A stretch of DNA of 64,000 nt from Blasia pusilla (GCA_050084515.1 CM114271.1:26660001-26724000), one strand, 5' to 3'. Positions 24,671 to 39,011 are shown, counted from the first letter of the stretch. Notes: generated by a model not told the origin, from the letters alone. Numbers and translations: made by a program.

Positions 24671-26502
24671 ATGCGGACTCCAGTGCCGGCCAGTCCTGGC
24701 GTACCAAAGCAAAAACCAGATGTATCGTGCTCTTACATTCTCATGGTATGGGAGCTGGTCCGAACTATAACTTTGATCGGATGAATCTCGCAACTCCACT
24801 CATGACATGAGGGGTGTAATTCCCTTTCATAGGAGTTGGAAGCGCGATGTGTTCAACCTCGGTTCTCGGTTTTGGATTGTTGTGTGGCTTTTTTTGATTT
24901 TGCTTCGCGACTAGAATATGAAAACGTCTATCCCCTAGACGACTTCGAGAACTTCTGCTTAGGTGTTTCTGAAATGTTTGTAGGTGCAGCACCTGATTGA
25001 GAGATGTCTACTCCTCTCTATGGACCGAGAAGATTGTGTTTGTGCCCTCGCGAAGTATGCGCGCGTCAAGCCTGTCATTACGCTCACAGGTTTGCTCCGT
25101 CCCCTTTACTGTCCCTTTCTTTTTCTCTCGAATATTGATTTAACGCCGAACTATGGGCGTGTGGAATGTCAAATTTAATGTGGAACTACTAAGGGGCCTA
25201 CTGGTGGCTGCGGTCTGAGTATTGTGCTCATTCCCTATCTTCGTAGAAGGTCGATTCGCAGAATTATTGGGCATGCAACCCTCCACGGTAGGTTTGTTTT
25301 TTTCTTGTATCGCGCGGTATCCCCAAATTATCGCTATCCTTACTCATCGCATCGGATAATAATGCTTGATGATTGTTCCTGAAATATTTTCATGAGCTAG
25401 ACCAAAACGTAGAGTTAGGATGGCCACGAAGCCTTCAACTACCAGTTTCCGTTCTTCGTCACCACTGCGACTCATTGTGTGCAAGTAGTCGGCGATTTTT
25501 TTGGGTGGTTTTGGCATCGTTACCCCCTGCCCTACTCCCTGTTAGCCTAGGGTCGGAATTCACTCAGACTTGTCGATGCTAACTCGTAACTGTCTTTCAC
25601 ATCCATCCAAAATCATTTCATTTCCGCCCTTCTTCATACTCGTTTCTTGTCCCTTCAAATCGTTCTTTTCAACGCGGGGCTCCATCTACTATTACCAGCT
25701 CTAAACATTATCACCCTAGCGCCTTGACTTCACCCCGTTTCACAACAGTTTGGAGGTGGCGCAGACATGTTCGTAGGGTGAAAATTCTTTTAGTGATAGT
25801 TGGTGGACTAATGTTTCAGGGTTGGGCAGTTCAGCTTACATTTACACCCGATTCAGTCGCATTGGAGGGCACTAGACGCTACCTACGTGTTTGGGAGCTT
25901 TGCAATGTGAAGGTTTCCGCATAAGTTTGCACGTATCGCATGTCACCCGTCATACGTTCTTGGTAGTCTCAATCGTTTTTTCATCCGTGGGTTTCAATGT
26001 GGATCTCTGGGTACACAGTTAACGAATAAACAAGTAAAGATGGAATGTTTTTAAGTTCAGCTTGTTTCACGATGGTACTTGGCATCTCAAACATGTATCT
26101 GTAAAATTGTAAGGTCATATTGAGTAAGTTGAGGACTCTCGTTGTAATGCTAATGATCGGATTGGGCTTGCAGTATGGAAAGAGTTGGAGAAAGAGAACA
26201 AAGAATTCTTCTCCGCCTACTCAAAACAGAGAGCCGCGAGGCCTGCACGAGGTTTCAGTCAAGTTCTGGAGGAAGCAACTACCAAACTCTGCTCACAGAA
26301 ACTCGAATGCCCTGAAATCATCCGGGGGGCGAGCGAAGCGCCACTCCAACCTTGTAAGCTTTGCTCCTTCACCATTACGCCGTTGGGGTTCCGAATAGTC
26401 TTCCCATCGTCTACATTTCCCATCTTACTTTGTCATTCTGTGCTTTATCTAATGTAATACGACTGTGTTTCCTCGACAGGTCCTGCTGCCGTGTCCTTGT
26501 AA
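24671..26502 (+). CDS. Plant-specific TIGR01589 / A_thal_3526-domain protein, ~127 aa, 4 exons
   Basis: Exons 24671-24745, 24984-25089, 26174-26353, 26480-26502 with GT-AG introns and consistent phases. Translation MRTPVPASPGVPKQKPDVSCSYILM|VQHLIERCLLLSMDREDCVCALAKYARVKPVITLT|VWKELEKENKEFFSAY matches the family signature VQHLIE.CL...VWKELEKEN.EFF.AY. First and last exons are less certain. Confidence 0.88.
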
Positions 26503-29500
26503 GGACTCCTGGGAAAGACAGCAGCGTAGAGTTTCGTTTGACAGGAAGACTTGCCCCGAATATTAAACCAACTTCGAAGTCTTCCCCTCTCCCCTTCCCC
26601 CAATGGAACCTTGTAAATGACTACCTTGTTTCCTGGGAATGGTTATGCACATCGTGACCATTTATTTCACGGTTGCGTGACCGACCTGCAATCCCGCTTC
26701 TCCATGGGTTGAGTCGTTCCTAAAGGAATTTCAGTGACAACCCTAGCTAGCCAGTGGTTGTAGGTGGATCTTTAGTGTCGCATGCAGTTTGGCCTGGCAG
26801 TGTCGTTTTTGTGTGGACCTCGCCGGCACCCCTTTGTAACATTGTGTATACGGAAGACACCACAATTTTTTACCCGAGGTGGCGTACACCTGCGGGCCTG
26901 TTATCATGTATTAATCGAAACGGGACTTGGATCAATGCATCCTCCTCCTGACCTTATGAAACATCTACGATGAATGTGTCCTTGCATCTCTCTTCTCCCT
27001 GGGTGGAGTCTCAATCAGACGAAGTTTTCATCGCGCACCGCTCTCCGCCGAGTATAGGGGAAAATCGTTTGTCGCAGTAAGAAGGCGAAGAATCGCCGTG
27101 CACCGAAAAGTCGCGAAATGCCGTGTCGAGTCTTTACTCCACGTGGCTAGCAACGGATCGAACACGTAAAAATATGTTGAAAGTGCAGCCAGGTAGAGAA
27201 TATGAGCTGGGCACTTTGAGCAAAAGGACTGCGCCCGCGCAATCTTTCTAAACGTATCTCCCTCCCTGCTTTCAAAATGTCAGATATGACTTTTGTGATG
27301 GTTATAGTGCTCGGGAGAGTTCTATTCAACGAATCCTTCAATGCGCGAAGGTGTGACCTCAGGGATATGCATTAAGGTAGAAACCCACCGTAGCACCTCT
27401 GCAAGCGGTATTCCGGTAGGTTTCCATCCTAGTAGGACTTCCTCACACACCGGAACAGCACCGTGAGCGCTGTTCCGGTGAGTTTCTTCCCAGATGGACA
27501 TCATGGTAAAGCTGGCGAAGTGTAAATACTTCAACTTTAGAAACCTGCAACGTGGGCACTCTTGGGTCTTGACCCTCTGGAGTAGAAACCTGACCGTCGA
27601 CCATTCCTGTTCCGGTGTAGATCAGACACTCCTTCCCGGTCAGAACACGTCGCGTGTCGTTGCCCGATTCTCATCCCTATCCCCTCAGTTCTCATTCCTG
27701 ATTGTGTACCACTGTATCCACGGGGGTAAGCGTTGGCAATAAAGTTCATCATTGGCACAAGTAGATGGAATCCCAACTTGACTAGTGCGGATAATAGGAG
27801 GCAGCCCTATAACTTTTAGGTGCCCACGTATGTATAAATTTTAATTGCATAATTGGATTCGAAAAATCCTGTTAGTGTAGGTAATAAATAATTTTTTTGG
27901 TTAAAAAGATGTGATCTCAAAATGAAAATTATTTTCCAATAAGAATGTATGAAGAATTTCAAATATGTGGATACATTTATAAAATGATTGTCACATTTGA
28001 ACCTAAATTCAGTGGACCTTTAGATGTCCATTGTGGGACAGAATATTATGGTTTAAGAAGTACCCAAATTAACATAGATTTTTTGTATTAAGGAGGACAA
28101 ATTTTTTTAAAGAAATATGGTTTCATTATAAACTTGAAAATCTAAGGAGATAAACTTGTGCATGTGCATGGTTCACTCTCAATCATTCCATATTCTTCTA
28201 AGATAACAACATAATCCTATTTGTATTCACAAAATAATTTTATTGGTATAAGATTAAAATTATATTTGATTTTAATTAATTTCAGTTAATAATGATAATA
28301 ATAAAATATATTATATTTACCATTGATATGATTAACTAACCCCTTAAAATATCAAATATTTAACTTTGAATCCATTTTACTTAAATGCCATTTATATATT
28401 TATATTTGATGATATTTATATTATATAAAATAATAATAATTAAAAATCAAATGAAATATTTAGATTACCCTTGATATGATAAATTAAAAGGATATTTATA
28501 CTACCTTTGAAGTAATTAACTAGTCCCTTAAATTATCTTATATTGTGTATATATGGAGCATATTTAACAAGAAATGACATCAAATATATATGCCATCCTT
28601 TTGAACATCCATTACATACCAACAATATGAATGCCCTTCTAGTAGATCTATACAACATATATCAAACACTTATAGATATCATTTTCAAGATTTGATCAAC
28701 TGTACCATCGATATTGGTAAAGAGCGTAAGTTAATTTGGAGCTCGTCCAAACAACAAAAAGTAAGTTTAAAAAGATGCTAAGGATGGTTGATTCCTAAAC
28801 TTTTACCCGATAGCCAACTATGGCAGTTTTTAGTCCCAATCTCCCAAGGAACCTTCCTACAAGCCATATTTGCGCAAATTCCCCTTCACTACCTAGAGAA
28901 TACACTTTGTTAGGCAATGTGCCTCAAGATGATTTCTCAATGTGGTATGGTGGTTGAACAACTCCATATCACACAAGGTCTAAAACTCCTTGGGAACTTG
29001 GTGCCTAGATCTTTCAACACTTCTGTTGGTACGCCATATTAACTCAATGCCACATTGAGGAATGCATTTGCTGCTCCCTCACTTTCTTTTTCAGGAAATG
29101 GAACCAATTATAACCACTTCAAGAAGTACTCGACCATCATCAACATGTACTTGTTATGGCACTCTGTTAATGGTAGAGACCTTGCAAAATCCAAATTCCA
29201 TGGGTAGCCAAAAACCATTGTTAAGACTTAAGTCAGACTTCATAAAAGGATCCGTGGATATTAAATGACATTTGATTAGCAAGTGTTAAGCAATACCAAA
29301 TTCACAAGTATCAAATGACAGTGGATCTGTAGTTTCAAGCAACACCGGATCCACAAATTTCAATGGATATATATCAAATTTGCAAGTATCAAGGGATATT
29401 GGATCTGTTGGTGTCAAATTGACAAAGGATTTACACCAGTCAGATGACACGAGTTCAAGAGAACAATAATTGGAAGTGATAAGAAGTATAGGTGCCACAT

Positions 29501-31731
29501 AACGACAAGTTCATGGAAACATGTGAATCAAGTATAGCCAAACAAAGATAAGTGTGGATATCTTAAATAAGTCACGAGTAAAGGTGTTGCACAGCAAGTC
29601 AATTTGGATTACAAGACTGAAAATAATAGGGCTTAAGAAAAGGAATAATTTTTTAAAAAGAAGGATAGGTGAAAGTACAAAGTGAAGGAATAGGAATATC
29701 TATACTCTTAATGAAACATGGGGGGTTACTATCTGGGGAGAAAAAAAGTAAAGGGATTCTTAAAGAAGTGAAGCTTGCAGTAGAATTATGTGTTACAGGG
29801 CTATTTTCTTTAGCGATTGGATTTTACATCGTGCCTTCTTTAGCTCCTTGTACTATTTACCTGGCTAGTTTCCGTCGTGCCTTGGTTGGCATCAGTTTGA
29901 GACATATGTCAAAGAAATATTAGAGGCAGTGCATGGACACGTGTTATGTATAGTGAGCACATGTTATGTGCAGATACCTACAGACATTTGGCAGACATTT
30001 GAGGCTTTTGAGTGTAGATAAATATTTCTTACTCTCCTTCGAGTGTTTAATCTGGAGAAGGAAGAGGTGGGCCAACTACTATTAGCGGGGGGAGGAAGAT
30101 CCGAGCATCGAGTGCATTCCTAATCTGCAGTCGCGTCAAATTTTGAGTGTGTAGTTTCAAATCTGAAGCCCGTAGCTCATGCTGTTGTAGCGTTCATCTT
30201 CTCATTCACAGTAAGCAACATTGAATTCATAGTAAGAAGGTCTTTCTCTCTACATTATGTTCTCTCAATAAAAAAATGACTCAATCGTTTGAGTTTGAGA
30301 CAAAGGCCAATCCTTGGATCTCTCTCGATTTTCTTATCGCATCAAGGTGCTACTAAGATACTAAGATTGAAGCTGTGTGAAATTTCCTAAGTGAATGAAA
30401 AACTAGAATTTTCGTTTGAGTTTGAGGGAGAGGCTCATCTTGGTCGCACTATCTGTCTGAGAGCGCACCACAGATTGTACTACCCATGATGCACGATCCT
30501 ATTTGGGGTAGGGGCGGACCATCTGCTCTCCAATTGTCAGAGGAACGAGGAATCCGACTAAGAAGGGATGGACTTCTTACAGATTTTTGATGAGATAGCA
30601 TGCTTGCTTTCTCTCTGGCCGATTTCATTTAGGGCTCTTGTGAACAAGAAATGACTTTATTCATTAATGAATTCATTTAGTCTTTCTCCTTTGCGGGACA
30701 TTGCCCACTTCACAACACTCAGCCCCAGGGATGCCAGTCTTCCTCTCATTGAGTCTTGTAATGGTGATTTCTGTCCAACGCATTCTTAAGCTTGTATATT
30801 GTAAAGTAATCGTGGAGTTCCAATTCTTCCTCCACTGCTGACTTTGGATCTCTTTCTCTCGAGATTGGATGATGAGCGTGTATGGCGACGGGCAACATGA
30901 TCGGATATCCCATGAGAAGAATGAGGATAAAGAGCAAGTTCACATCAAAGCATATGCATGGGCAATAAATCTGCACAAAGATGCTTTGAAACACCCCTAA
31001 GATCCAAACCACAGTGACCACTTTGGTGAATCGACGATTCATTTCGGAGCTGATGACATCGTATTTGTGTAAAATCTAAAGCAATCAAAATCAGTGTCGC
31101 TCTCTATGAGTCCTAAATTGCGGAGATCCCATCCGCTCACATTAGTTACATAGGATTGATTAGATGATGAAGGTTTCATTCAATCGGAGAAGCTCAAGTT
31201 TTAAGCTATGTATATGAGCGAGATAGATGAATTCCTAAACTTCTTTTGTTTTCTATCCCATTTATAGGCGCACGCGCTTGTACCTGGGCCAGTTCTTGTT
31301 CTTGTTCCTGTCCATGTCCAGATTTGCGCACCGACTTGTGGGATTCATGGATTCATGTCTATCATGCGGCCATGGATGGAACATACAACCAAATGACCTC
31401 CTCTTGCACAAATCAGTTGCTTCTGCTTCTTGCGAGTCCTACCCCACCACCTAATCATTTTCCTCGACCATTGCTGCAGCAGAAGCATCATCTCTTACAA
31501 CCCCTTGACTCCTTTCCTTCCCTCCATGTACCAATTCCTTTGCACCATCTTCTCTCCACCCCACCCGCTCTCCACTCTCCACTTTCTACCATCCATGTCT
31601 CACTTCTCACATCCGACCATTATCATTCCACCCATACTCGTGTTGGAGAACCTCGTGGGGGTGCCCACTGTTGCCATTGATATGGATGTATGTAGCCGAG
31701 TACGTACTCTATAGGTTACCGAGTACGTACA

Positions 31732-31820
31732 TCCTCTAATTAAGAAATTTGAATATTATATATATTAAAATTTTTATTTGTCAAATTTGAGTCTCGTGCA
31801 TCGTACGGGCATTTTTACTA
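31732..31820 (+). mobile_element. Helitron-like 3' terminus, possibly a ~90-bp mini-element
   Basis: CTCGTGCATCGTACGGG hairpin followed ~8 nt later by CTAC (canonical CTRR is imperfect); possible A|TC start at 31732. Confidence 0.4.
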
Positions 31821-32720
31821 CAATATATAGAGAGAGGAGAGATACATAATCTGCTTATAATGGAAGTAGATTTGATTAATTAAAAGAATAAATACCCTTA
31901 GAAGGAGGGGCTTCATGTTGAAAGTCCAATTTGTGTGGAGTTTGTGTATATATACCTTAGCACATGATGAAGTAGAACTTAGATTTGTATGTCTGGAAGT
32001 GTTACGAATCAAGCATAACACCCATTATTTGTAGTGGATGCTAATGTGGAGTTGAAACACTGAACAATGCTTGAACCTGATCACACACCATGCACCAAAC
32101 AACAAATTTCTCTAAGTCTATCTTCATGCCTTATCACCATTACTATAATTGGAGCAAGAATATGTTTGATTTATCCCCCAATGTCCCAACTCCATGTGGT
32201 TATGCTTTACCAATTGTACTCTATATGAAGGATGAGGCACTAATCATACTCTACCAACCTTCTAAACACGTTAAACATGTGTCTCCTCCCACATGAACTA
32301 TCTAGCTGGTTGTAGGATCTGATCCCACTCTTTAGCACCACTGCGTCTGCTATAATGCATCATAGCCTCTATTGCTCCTAGCTTCATCTTGAAGCACTCA
32401 AGACCTTCAAAATTTGCAAGTGGAAGATTTAGGTTGAGTCTTAATTAAAGAGTCAACCAATTGCACGTTTCTGTAAGTAGATGAGAAACCACCAGCGCTA
32501 ATTGGCTCAAGTCTCCCCAAGTGTGTACCATCTCTCCAAGAAATCCTCTTCCCCTAGCCTTGAAAAATGTCCCCAAGTCGATTGCCTATATTGGAGCGCG
32601 TCGGTTAATTCTTCAAGTTCAGTCCCTTAGCTCATGACCAAGCATATATCATGGTTGGTTGTTTGTTCAAGGACTTAAGTGGGAAAAGAGGGAAAGTGTC
32701 CCCACCTATAGGTTCTTCTA

Positions 32721-33032
32721 CAAGGTTGCATGTGGACAAAGTCCGTGTCCGTGGACTTATGTCCGTCTTATGGAAGGACTTGTCCATATGGGCCCCACCT
32801 TTCCCTTCTTTCTCCTTTCCCTTACTTGCATTCGTGTTCTATACTCCCCTGTTTCTTCCTCCATCCACTTCCACTCCCTCCTCCCTCATTGCTCCACTCA
32901 CCCTTGCCTTGCCTTCCATCATGGACTATAAGTGTGGATCCCACCTCTTCGAACCCATGTCCGTGGACATGTGTGGACTTGTCCGTCCATGTCTGTCCTA
33001 AGGAAGGACTTGCCCATTTTTTTGCAACCATG
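32721..33032. mobile_element. hAT-type MITE, copy C
   Basis: TIRs CAAGGTTGCA / TGCAACCATG with a perfect 8-bp TSD TTCTTCTA (32713-32720 and 33033-33040). Confidence 0.92.
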
Positions 33033-33779
33033 TTCTTCTAGGATTCACCATAATAAACCTAAGTTCCTAAGTTTCCTCCTAGGGCCATTGATTTTGGCCC
33101 TCAACCCAAACGTGTTTCATAACCTGTAGCTATATGCTTGACTAGCTATCCATCAAGATGGCTTCGCAGAGGTTTCCTACAACTTATACAACTCGTGGCT
33201 CCCCAAATACATCTTGGGGTGTTGACCCAAATTTTATGTATCTCATAGATAGCGCTTGACTTGACTCCATGTTTGGTGTCCTATGGTTGTCTTGTCGCCC
33301 ATCACGTTTTGTGATTAATTAGTCTCATGGCGTCTTGCTCGTCTTGACTACTCGCATGTTCATTGATTATCAACTTTTCTATCGCCCTTGACTTGACACT
33401 TGGCTCCAAGGTCCCAAAACTTTCTTGCCTTGCCTTTGTCTCAATGAGTAACTACGCCCCTTTCCCGCCTAACGCTAGTCTTTAGATATATTGAAGTCTT
33501 TCCTCTTGGATAGAGGATGATGACCCGCTTTTTGGGTCCCTGCTAGTGTGAGCGCCATCGAATTAGCTATTTGCAACGTTAGGCAAGTGCATAGGTACTC
33601 CAAGACTATCCCAATTTTATGGATATCTTGGTCATCTATCGGCTCCTCATTGGCCTCTAGATTTGAGGACTCTCCATCTGATCTTGTTGGCAAGGTTGAT
33701 GCTCTCCATGATACTTAAACCAAATTAAAAAATTCATGCCATCCAGGAACCATTTCCTTGTCATCCTCCCAAACAACTC

Positions 33780-34620
33780 CAATTGTGTCTCACTAACTCA
33801 CACATGGGTTTTGACTCAAATCATCTTCATCTTGGTTGAGTCTCCTAGGCCGATAGGCCACTTGAAATCATACTCTTGCAACAAAAAATCTACATGGTAA
33901 TCTTTCTTGTTATCTTGTTGGACTTCATCAACTATTTTTATTGGCTAATAATAAGACATAACCCTTAATTCTAAACCCTTAATCTTCAAAACACCCATGT
34001 AGGATGTTGCTAATGCTTCTCTATCGTAGCATTGAAGACTATGATGTCATCTATATAACATTGAGAAAAATCCAAGCTTCGTAAGATTCTTTCCACGATC
34101 CTTTGAAACACCGTCGTGGGGATCTTTAACCCTCAAAACAACCATTGGTACAAAAAATCCTTTCCATGAGAATAGAATCCCCAAGATGTCATCTTTTGTA
34201 TATCCTTTAGTCTCATAGGCAATTGATCATATCCAACTCAAAAACTAATGAAAGGAAGACCTTGGCATGACTCAAGAATATATGGGCATTGCATATGAGT
34301 TGAACCTCGTCTTCTAGTTGATAGGTGAGAAGTCTCCACATATCTCTCCATTTGTCTTGTTGCCATGCATATCTTTTCTCATGAGCATGACGATGGCACA
34401 TGCATACACTGCATGTGACATCTCCACTTGCCCTACTTCAACCAACTCCAACTCTAAATCATGGCGGTCTCCATATCATTGTATCTTTAAAACCCAAAAC
34501 CCCATTTCATCATTTGATCAATCTTTGACTCCTCTTTTCACCTTCAAATGCAATGTTCCTTGCTTGTTCCTCCCTTCCTCACCTCATTTGTTCACCTTTG
34601 ATTCTTGATCAATGAAGAGA
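33780..34620 (-). mobile_element. Decayed Ty3/gypsy pol fragment, copy 2 (same family as 1990-2930)
   Basis: CATGGGTT(C/T)TGACTCAAA...CATCTTGGTTGAG at ~33803 matches ~2049; the FQRI...CYIDDI-like RT segment at ~34035-34110 matches ~2810-2882. Confidence 0.8.
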
Positions 34621-34648
34621 TAATGACAAACTCTACATGAGGAGAGTC

Positions 34649-34651
<3 letters not shown>

Positions 34652-34688
<37 letters not shown>
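34652..34688. repeat. (TC)n microsatellite
   Basis: Uninterrupted TC run of about 18 units. Confidence 0.95.
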
Positions 34689-34691
<3 letters not shown>

Positions 34692-35379
34692 AAGTCCCAT
34701 GACCTAGTGTTTGGGGAATAATTATATGTAACTATTTCCTTCTGAAATGACTTGAAGGTGGTGACAATATATGGCCTCATCTGAATCAAAATACATACCT
34801 TTCGATAACAAGCCTATATCATCAACAATTCGATATGGAACTTTGGAAGAGGAGTTAGAGCTAGAGAAGATCAAGAAGTTTGAGGCAAACTTAAAGAAGA
34901 CCAACCATGGAAGGAGGAAGAGTGGGTAACAAAGAACTAAAGAAGTGGTCACCTAAAAATTGAGGATTATAGTAAATACCACATTTGATGTTAAATTAAA
35001 TTTCTTAATATAATGGTGCAATATTATTTTGATATAGTGCATAGTAGAGGTATGATTTAGAGAGATAAAGAGATTCCATTTGAGGGGGAGAACTCAATGT
35101 TTGTATTTGTTAATGTTTGCAAAACAAGTTATAGTAGCGAAGAAGGTTTAAGGGCTTACTAGAAGGGTATATAGTGAAACCACACACTTTTTCTACAATC
35201 AATAAGTAAGTAACTTTGCATGTGGACTTATGTTGGTGGTATTTTTCACATGAACTCCTCTTAGCATAAATATATTATACTATTGGAAACATATGTATCA
35301 CCCTAAAAAATATAATCTTACAACCAAACAAATTTCCTTACAACATGTGTTATTTTTTTTCCCTACTTCTTGTTTGGTT

Positions 35380-37560
35380 TATTAGAATGTAGAGAGTGGG
35401 ACAATGTCGAAGAGCTAGGCCAAGTCTAAATGATGTCGGGAGACTTATTTCCCAAGATGAAAATTTCTTGCGTAGAGAGAAGGAAGCAATTAGAATCCTT
35501 GGACTTAGGAAGTTAAGGTGTCCATGTAACGAATGTAAGGGAATTAAACTAAGAGAACTACAAACCATGTAAAGAAACCTTATTTTGATTGAGAGATACC
35601 CTCTAAAGAGAATTTGGATTAATCACGATGGGTATGATTTTTCCCATGAGGAATAGGAATTAAATCGAGATGTAGTACAAAATGATATAAATCAAGCTAT
35701 CCTTAACTCAAGAGAACCTAGGGCAAGGAGAGCAATAAGATCATGCATCCATCTAGTCTTCCTCCTCTAGAATTATAACAACACTCTGCTATAATAGTAT
35801 AGATGTCAGGGATAGTCCAATTTATAGTTTTGAAGAAAAGTTAAGTCGTAGGAATTATCCATGCATATTTAAGTTATTTTTACTCGTTGGCAATTTGTGC
35901 CATGCACGGGAGTGAAGGGGCTAATGATGTTACACACAAATGAAGGAACTAATGATGTTTATCCTTGCTACCTGTGGACGGAAAAACATTTTCTTCCTGC
36001 CTAGTTGCCACATGTCAAGCAAAGAGGTGTTTGCAAATAAGAAGGCGCTCTCCAATAATAATATAGATTACTTACTTATAAAACAAAGTTTTAAAAAATT
36101 TTACCATTAGAATAAAGGTAAATTTTAAGATCTGAAAAATCTAGGTGGCTTAGCAAGGTTTAGGTTTAGGTCTCTTGTAGAAATCACACATGTACCACAA
36201 AAGTACTATTAATTTATTAAAAAGGACAATGAGGAAAGAAGAATTTTTTTCACAACACAAATAATCAAAATAGTTTCCGATGAAGTTTAGGCCAAAACAT
36301 TTTTTTTAGGTGTGTAGGAATTCTCACGAAACCCTGTTGAATTCCCAATCAAATTGAGTAGAAACCAGTGTGTGGTCTTTGAGGTGGAGAAGAAAATAAT
36401 TAACATATATATGCATAAGACACATGAATAATCTAGATGGTAGGAAAAAGGAAAACTTATAAAAGTGAAAGGGAAGCACCAAAAACCATTACATTTCTTA
36501 AAGGTTGATAACTCAGGTAGGTTTGAACTACATACAAATCTATTGTTGCCCTAATCAAGGACGGGCTTGGCTATGGGGTGCGAGTAGAAGATGGTTGGGA
36601 AGAGAGAAGTTCTTATTGAGAGTCATGGTCATATGGACTATAAGTGACTCTCTTGGGTTGGATATTATATCCGGTGAAGCAACTAATGGTAAACTTACGT
36701 GTGTGATATGTGGGCCAAAGAAAAGATTCATATTATTCCGAACCATTCCACAAGCAAAAATTTCAAGGAAATTGGAGATACATAGATACAAGATATCCTT
36801 ATAGAAATAGGCATCTTGCATACCAATTTGATCAAAGGGTTGAAAGTCGTTCAACTCCCATGTGTGAATTGAGTGAGGACATTTTGAGGTGGGTAGAGTT
36901 GAATGGTGTATTTGATGAGATACCAAAAGTTTGGCTAAGGAGGGGTGATCAACTTCCAGTAGCCCCATACAAAGTTTATGGTCCAACGACAAAGCATTAT
37001 GCTTGAACTATCTTATTGGAAGGTAAGTCCTGTAATTTGCATTTTTGGGTCTTTTTGTAACTTTTAGAGTGATTGTTAGTTCTTCATATATTATCCTACT
37101 TTGGTATTTTCCCAAGACTTGTTGATTCATTACACTTGATGTCATGTATTGTGAAAATAATGTAGTGGAAAACACCCCAAAAACCATCTCTATCTTGAAT
37201 AATAAGGATTTTTTTCAAGTTAGACCACACCTAGAGGTTCGGGAAATTTGGCGCCATTTATGGCTCCAAGCTCCTCTCAATAGAACATCGGTAAAGCATA
37301 AACCCAAGGAATATTGTGTACTTATCCTTGAAAAGAGATTAAAGTTTTCAACCATAGAGTAGAGATATTAAAAGTCCCAAGTGGTTATGTTGGGGCCTTA
37401 TAGAAACATATACTCCAAAAAAGTTTGGGTGCTCTCAAGTCACATGATATACATGTATTCATGCAACAACTCCTACCATACTGTCTGCATGGTCTAATGA
37501 ATTTTTTTATGAGGATGATCATAATGATTATGTGAAGGCCATTTAAACGTCTTTGTTGGA
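35380..37560 (+). mobile_element. Decayed CACTA (En/Spm) TnpD-like transposase
   Basis: Fragments LTCVICG, DVMYCENNV (cf. DVMHIEKNV), KVPSGY and LKSHDIHVFMQQLLP (cf. LKSHDCHVLMQQLLP), in the expected order, with stops and frameshifts. Confidence 0.85.
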
Positions 37561-38956
37561 GATTAGAGTGTCATTTGACTGCTCAATGTGAATCCCTCGG
37601 CCCTTAAGCATATGCACATCGTGCATTGCAAACAAAAACACCTCTTATGACTCCTTAGGAATTGATATACCTGATGATGCTACTCTCCTCTTCTTAACTT
37701 AGGCTTCATATTTGGCTCATGATTAATTTTCCATTGTGACTATGGTAGGACTCTCCCACATAAGGGTTGGTTTCTAATGTGAAACCTCATTAGTTCCACT
37801 TCTACTCGGAATAAACCTTGCTCGACACCAAGTGTCATGGTTGCCATCTCTTGATGTACCTCCAACACTTCCCAAGAGGTCCAAGGATGTCTCTCCCAAT
37901 CACCTCTCATCTTTAGGTCTCCTCTCGCTTTGCTCCTAGCCACAATCTATACCATCTTGGAAGGCATGGGGATAACTAGTGACTTAAAGATAACATGCCT
38001 CAATTACATCCAATACTACTCAACCACTCCTAGATTGATCATCCATGTCACATAGTTCAAGACTATATCCTAACTAGGTTCATGATGTTCAGACGCCTAT
38101 GTCCAAGATGGTAATGTCGTCATTCCTGTGGGAATCCCCATGACTTGTTCTCACTCATTGCGATTCTCACTCATTCCTTGCCCAACTCTAGATTTGGATT
38201 AACCTTAGCATTTCCAACTAGCAATCATCAAATAAATGGTTCCCTTTTGATGTAAATCCTATACTCTCAATAGTAAGATGTCCTTTGGCAAGGAATTTAG
38301 GTGCCTTGCGTTGCTAATGTTGACAAGATATCATAATTTTTTTTTCTCAACTTGGCCATTTTTCAAAATGAGGCTCATCGAGCCATCTCATAACACTCTA
38401 TATACGAGGAATTCAGCTTGCGAGCTGCGTCTAATAGAATAGCCAAGCCAAATTTGATCCCTCCAAGATTTGTTGACCCTATGGGGGTAACAGCGGCTTC
38501 AAAAGTCCACATTGAAGTGGTGTAACTTGGTCATCCCCATGACTCTTAAAAACCTATATGGTCCATCTCATATGCCCATTAGTCAAGATGAGTCAATACC
38601 CTACGTGTTGCGGCAGGGAACTCCTTCTCCAAGATCTTTCCTCTGATTCAGGATGATATAGAGGAAGGTCGAGACAATCCCCCATATGAAAACCCTTGAT
38701 TTTCCACTCAATTCTGCATAAATCCTTTGGTGCTTCTCTCACCTCCTTGAAAGGACATCGTGGTAGCACTCGTGTATCTCTTTTACAATCAGTCTTATGC
38801 TCACTAGCTCAACTCTCTGGTACTTGGAAAGTAAGTATGCAGTCTTTGAGCTTACACTCTCTTACACTTTGAGATGAGTACAATGCAAAAACATACAAAA
38901 TAGTGCGACAATAATCTATATTGATAGATCAATATAGAGTATATACTCTAGCCTTG

Positions 38957-39011
38957 TATGTGGGATATCCAAGTTGACATTGGAAAACTGTCAACTTGGA
39001 TATCCCACATA
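38957..39011. repeat. Perfect 23-bp inverted repeat with 9-nt loop
   Basis: TATGTGGGATATCCAAGTTGACA-TTGGAAAAC-TGTCAACTTGGATATCCCACATA. Confidence 0.95.
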
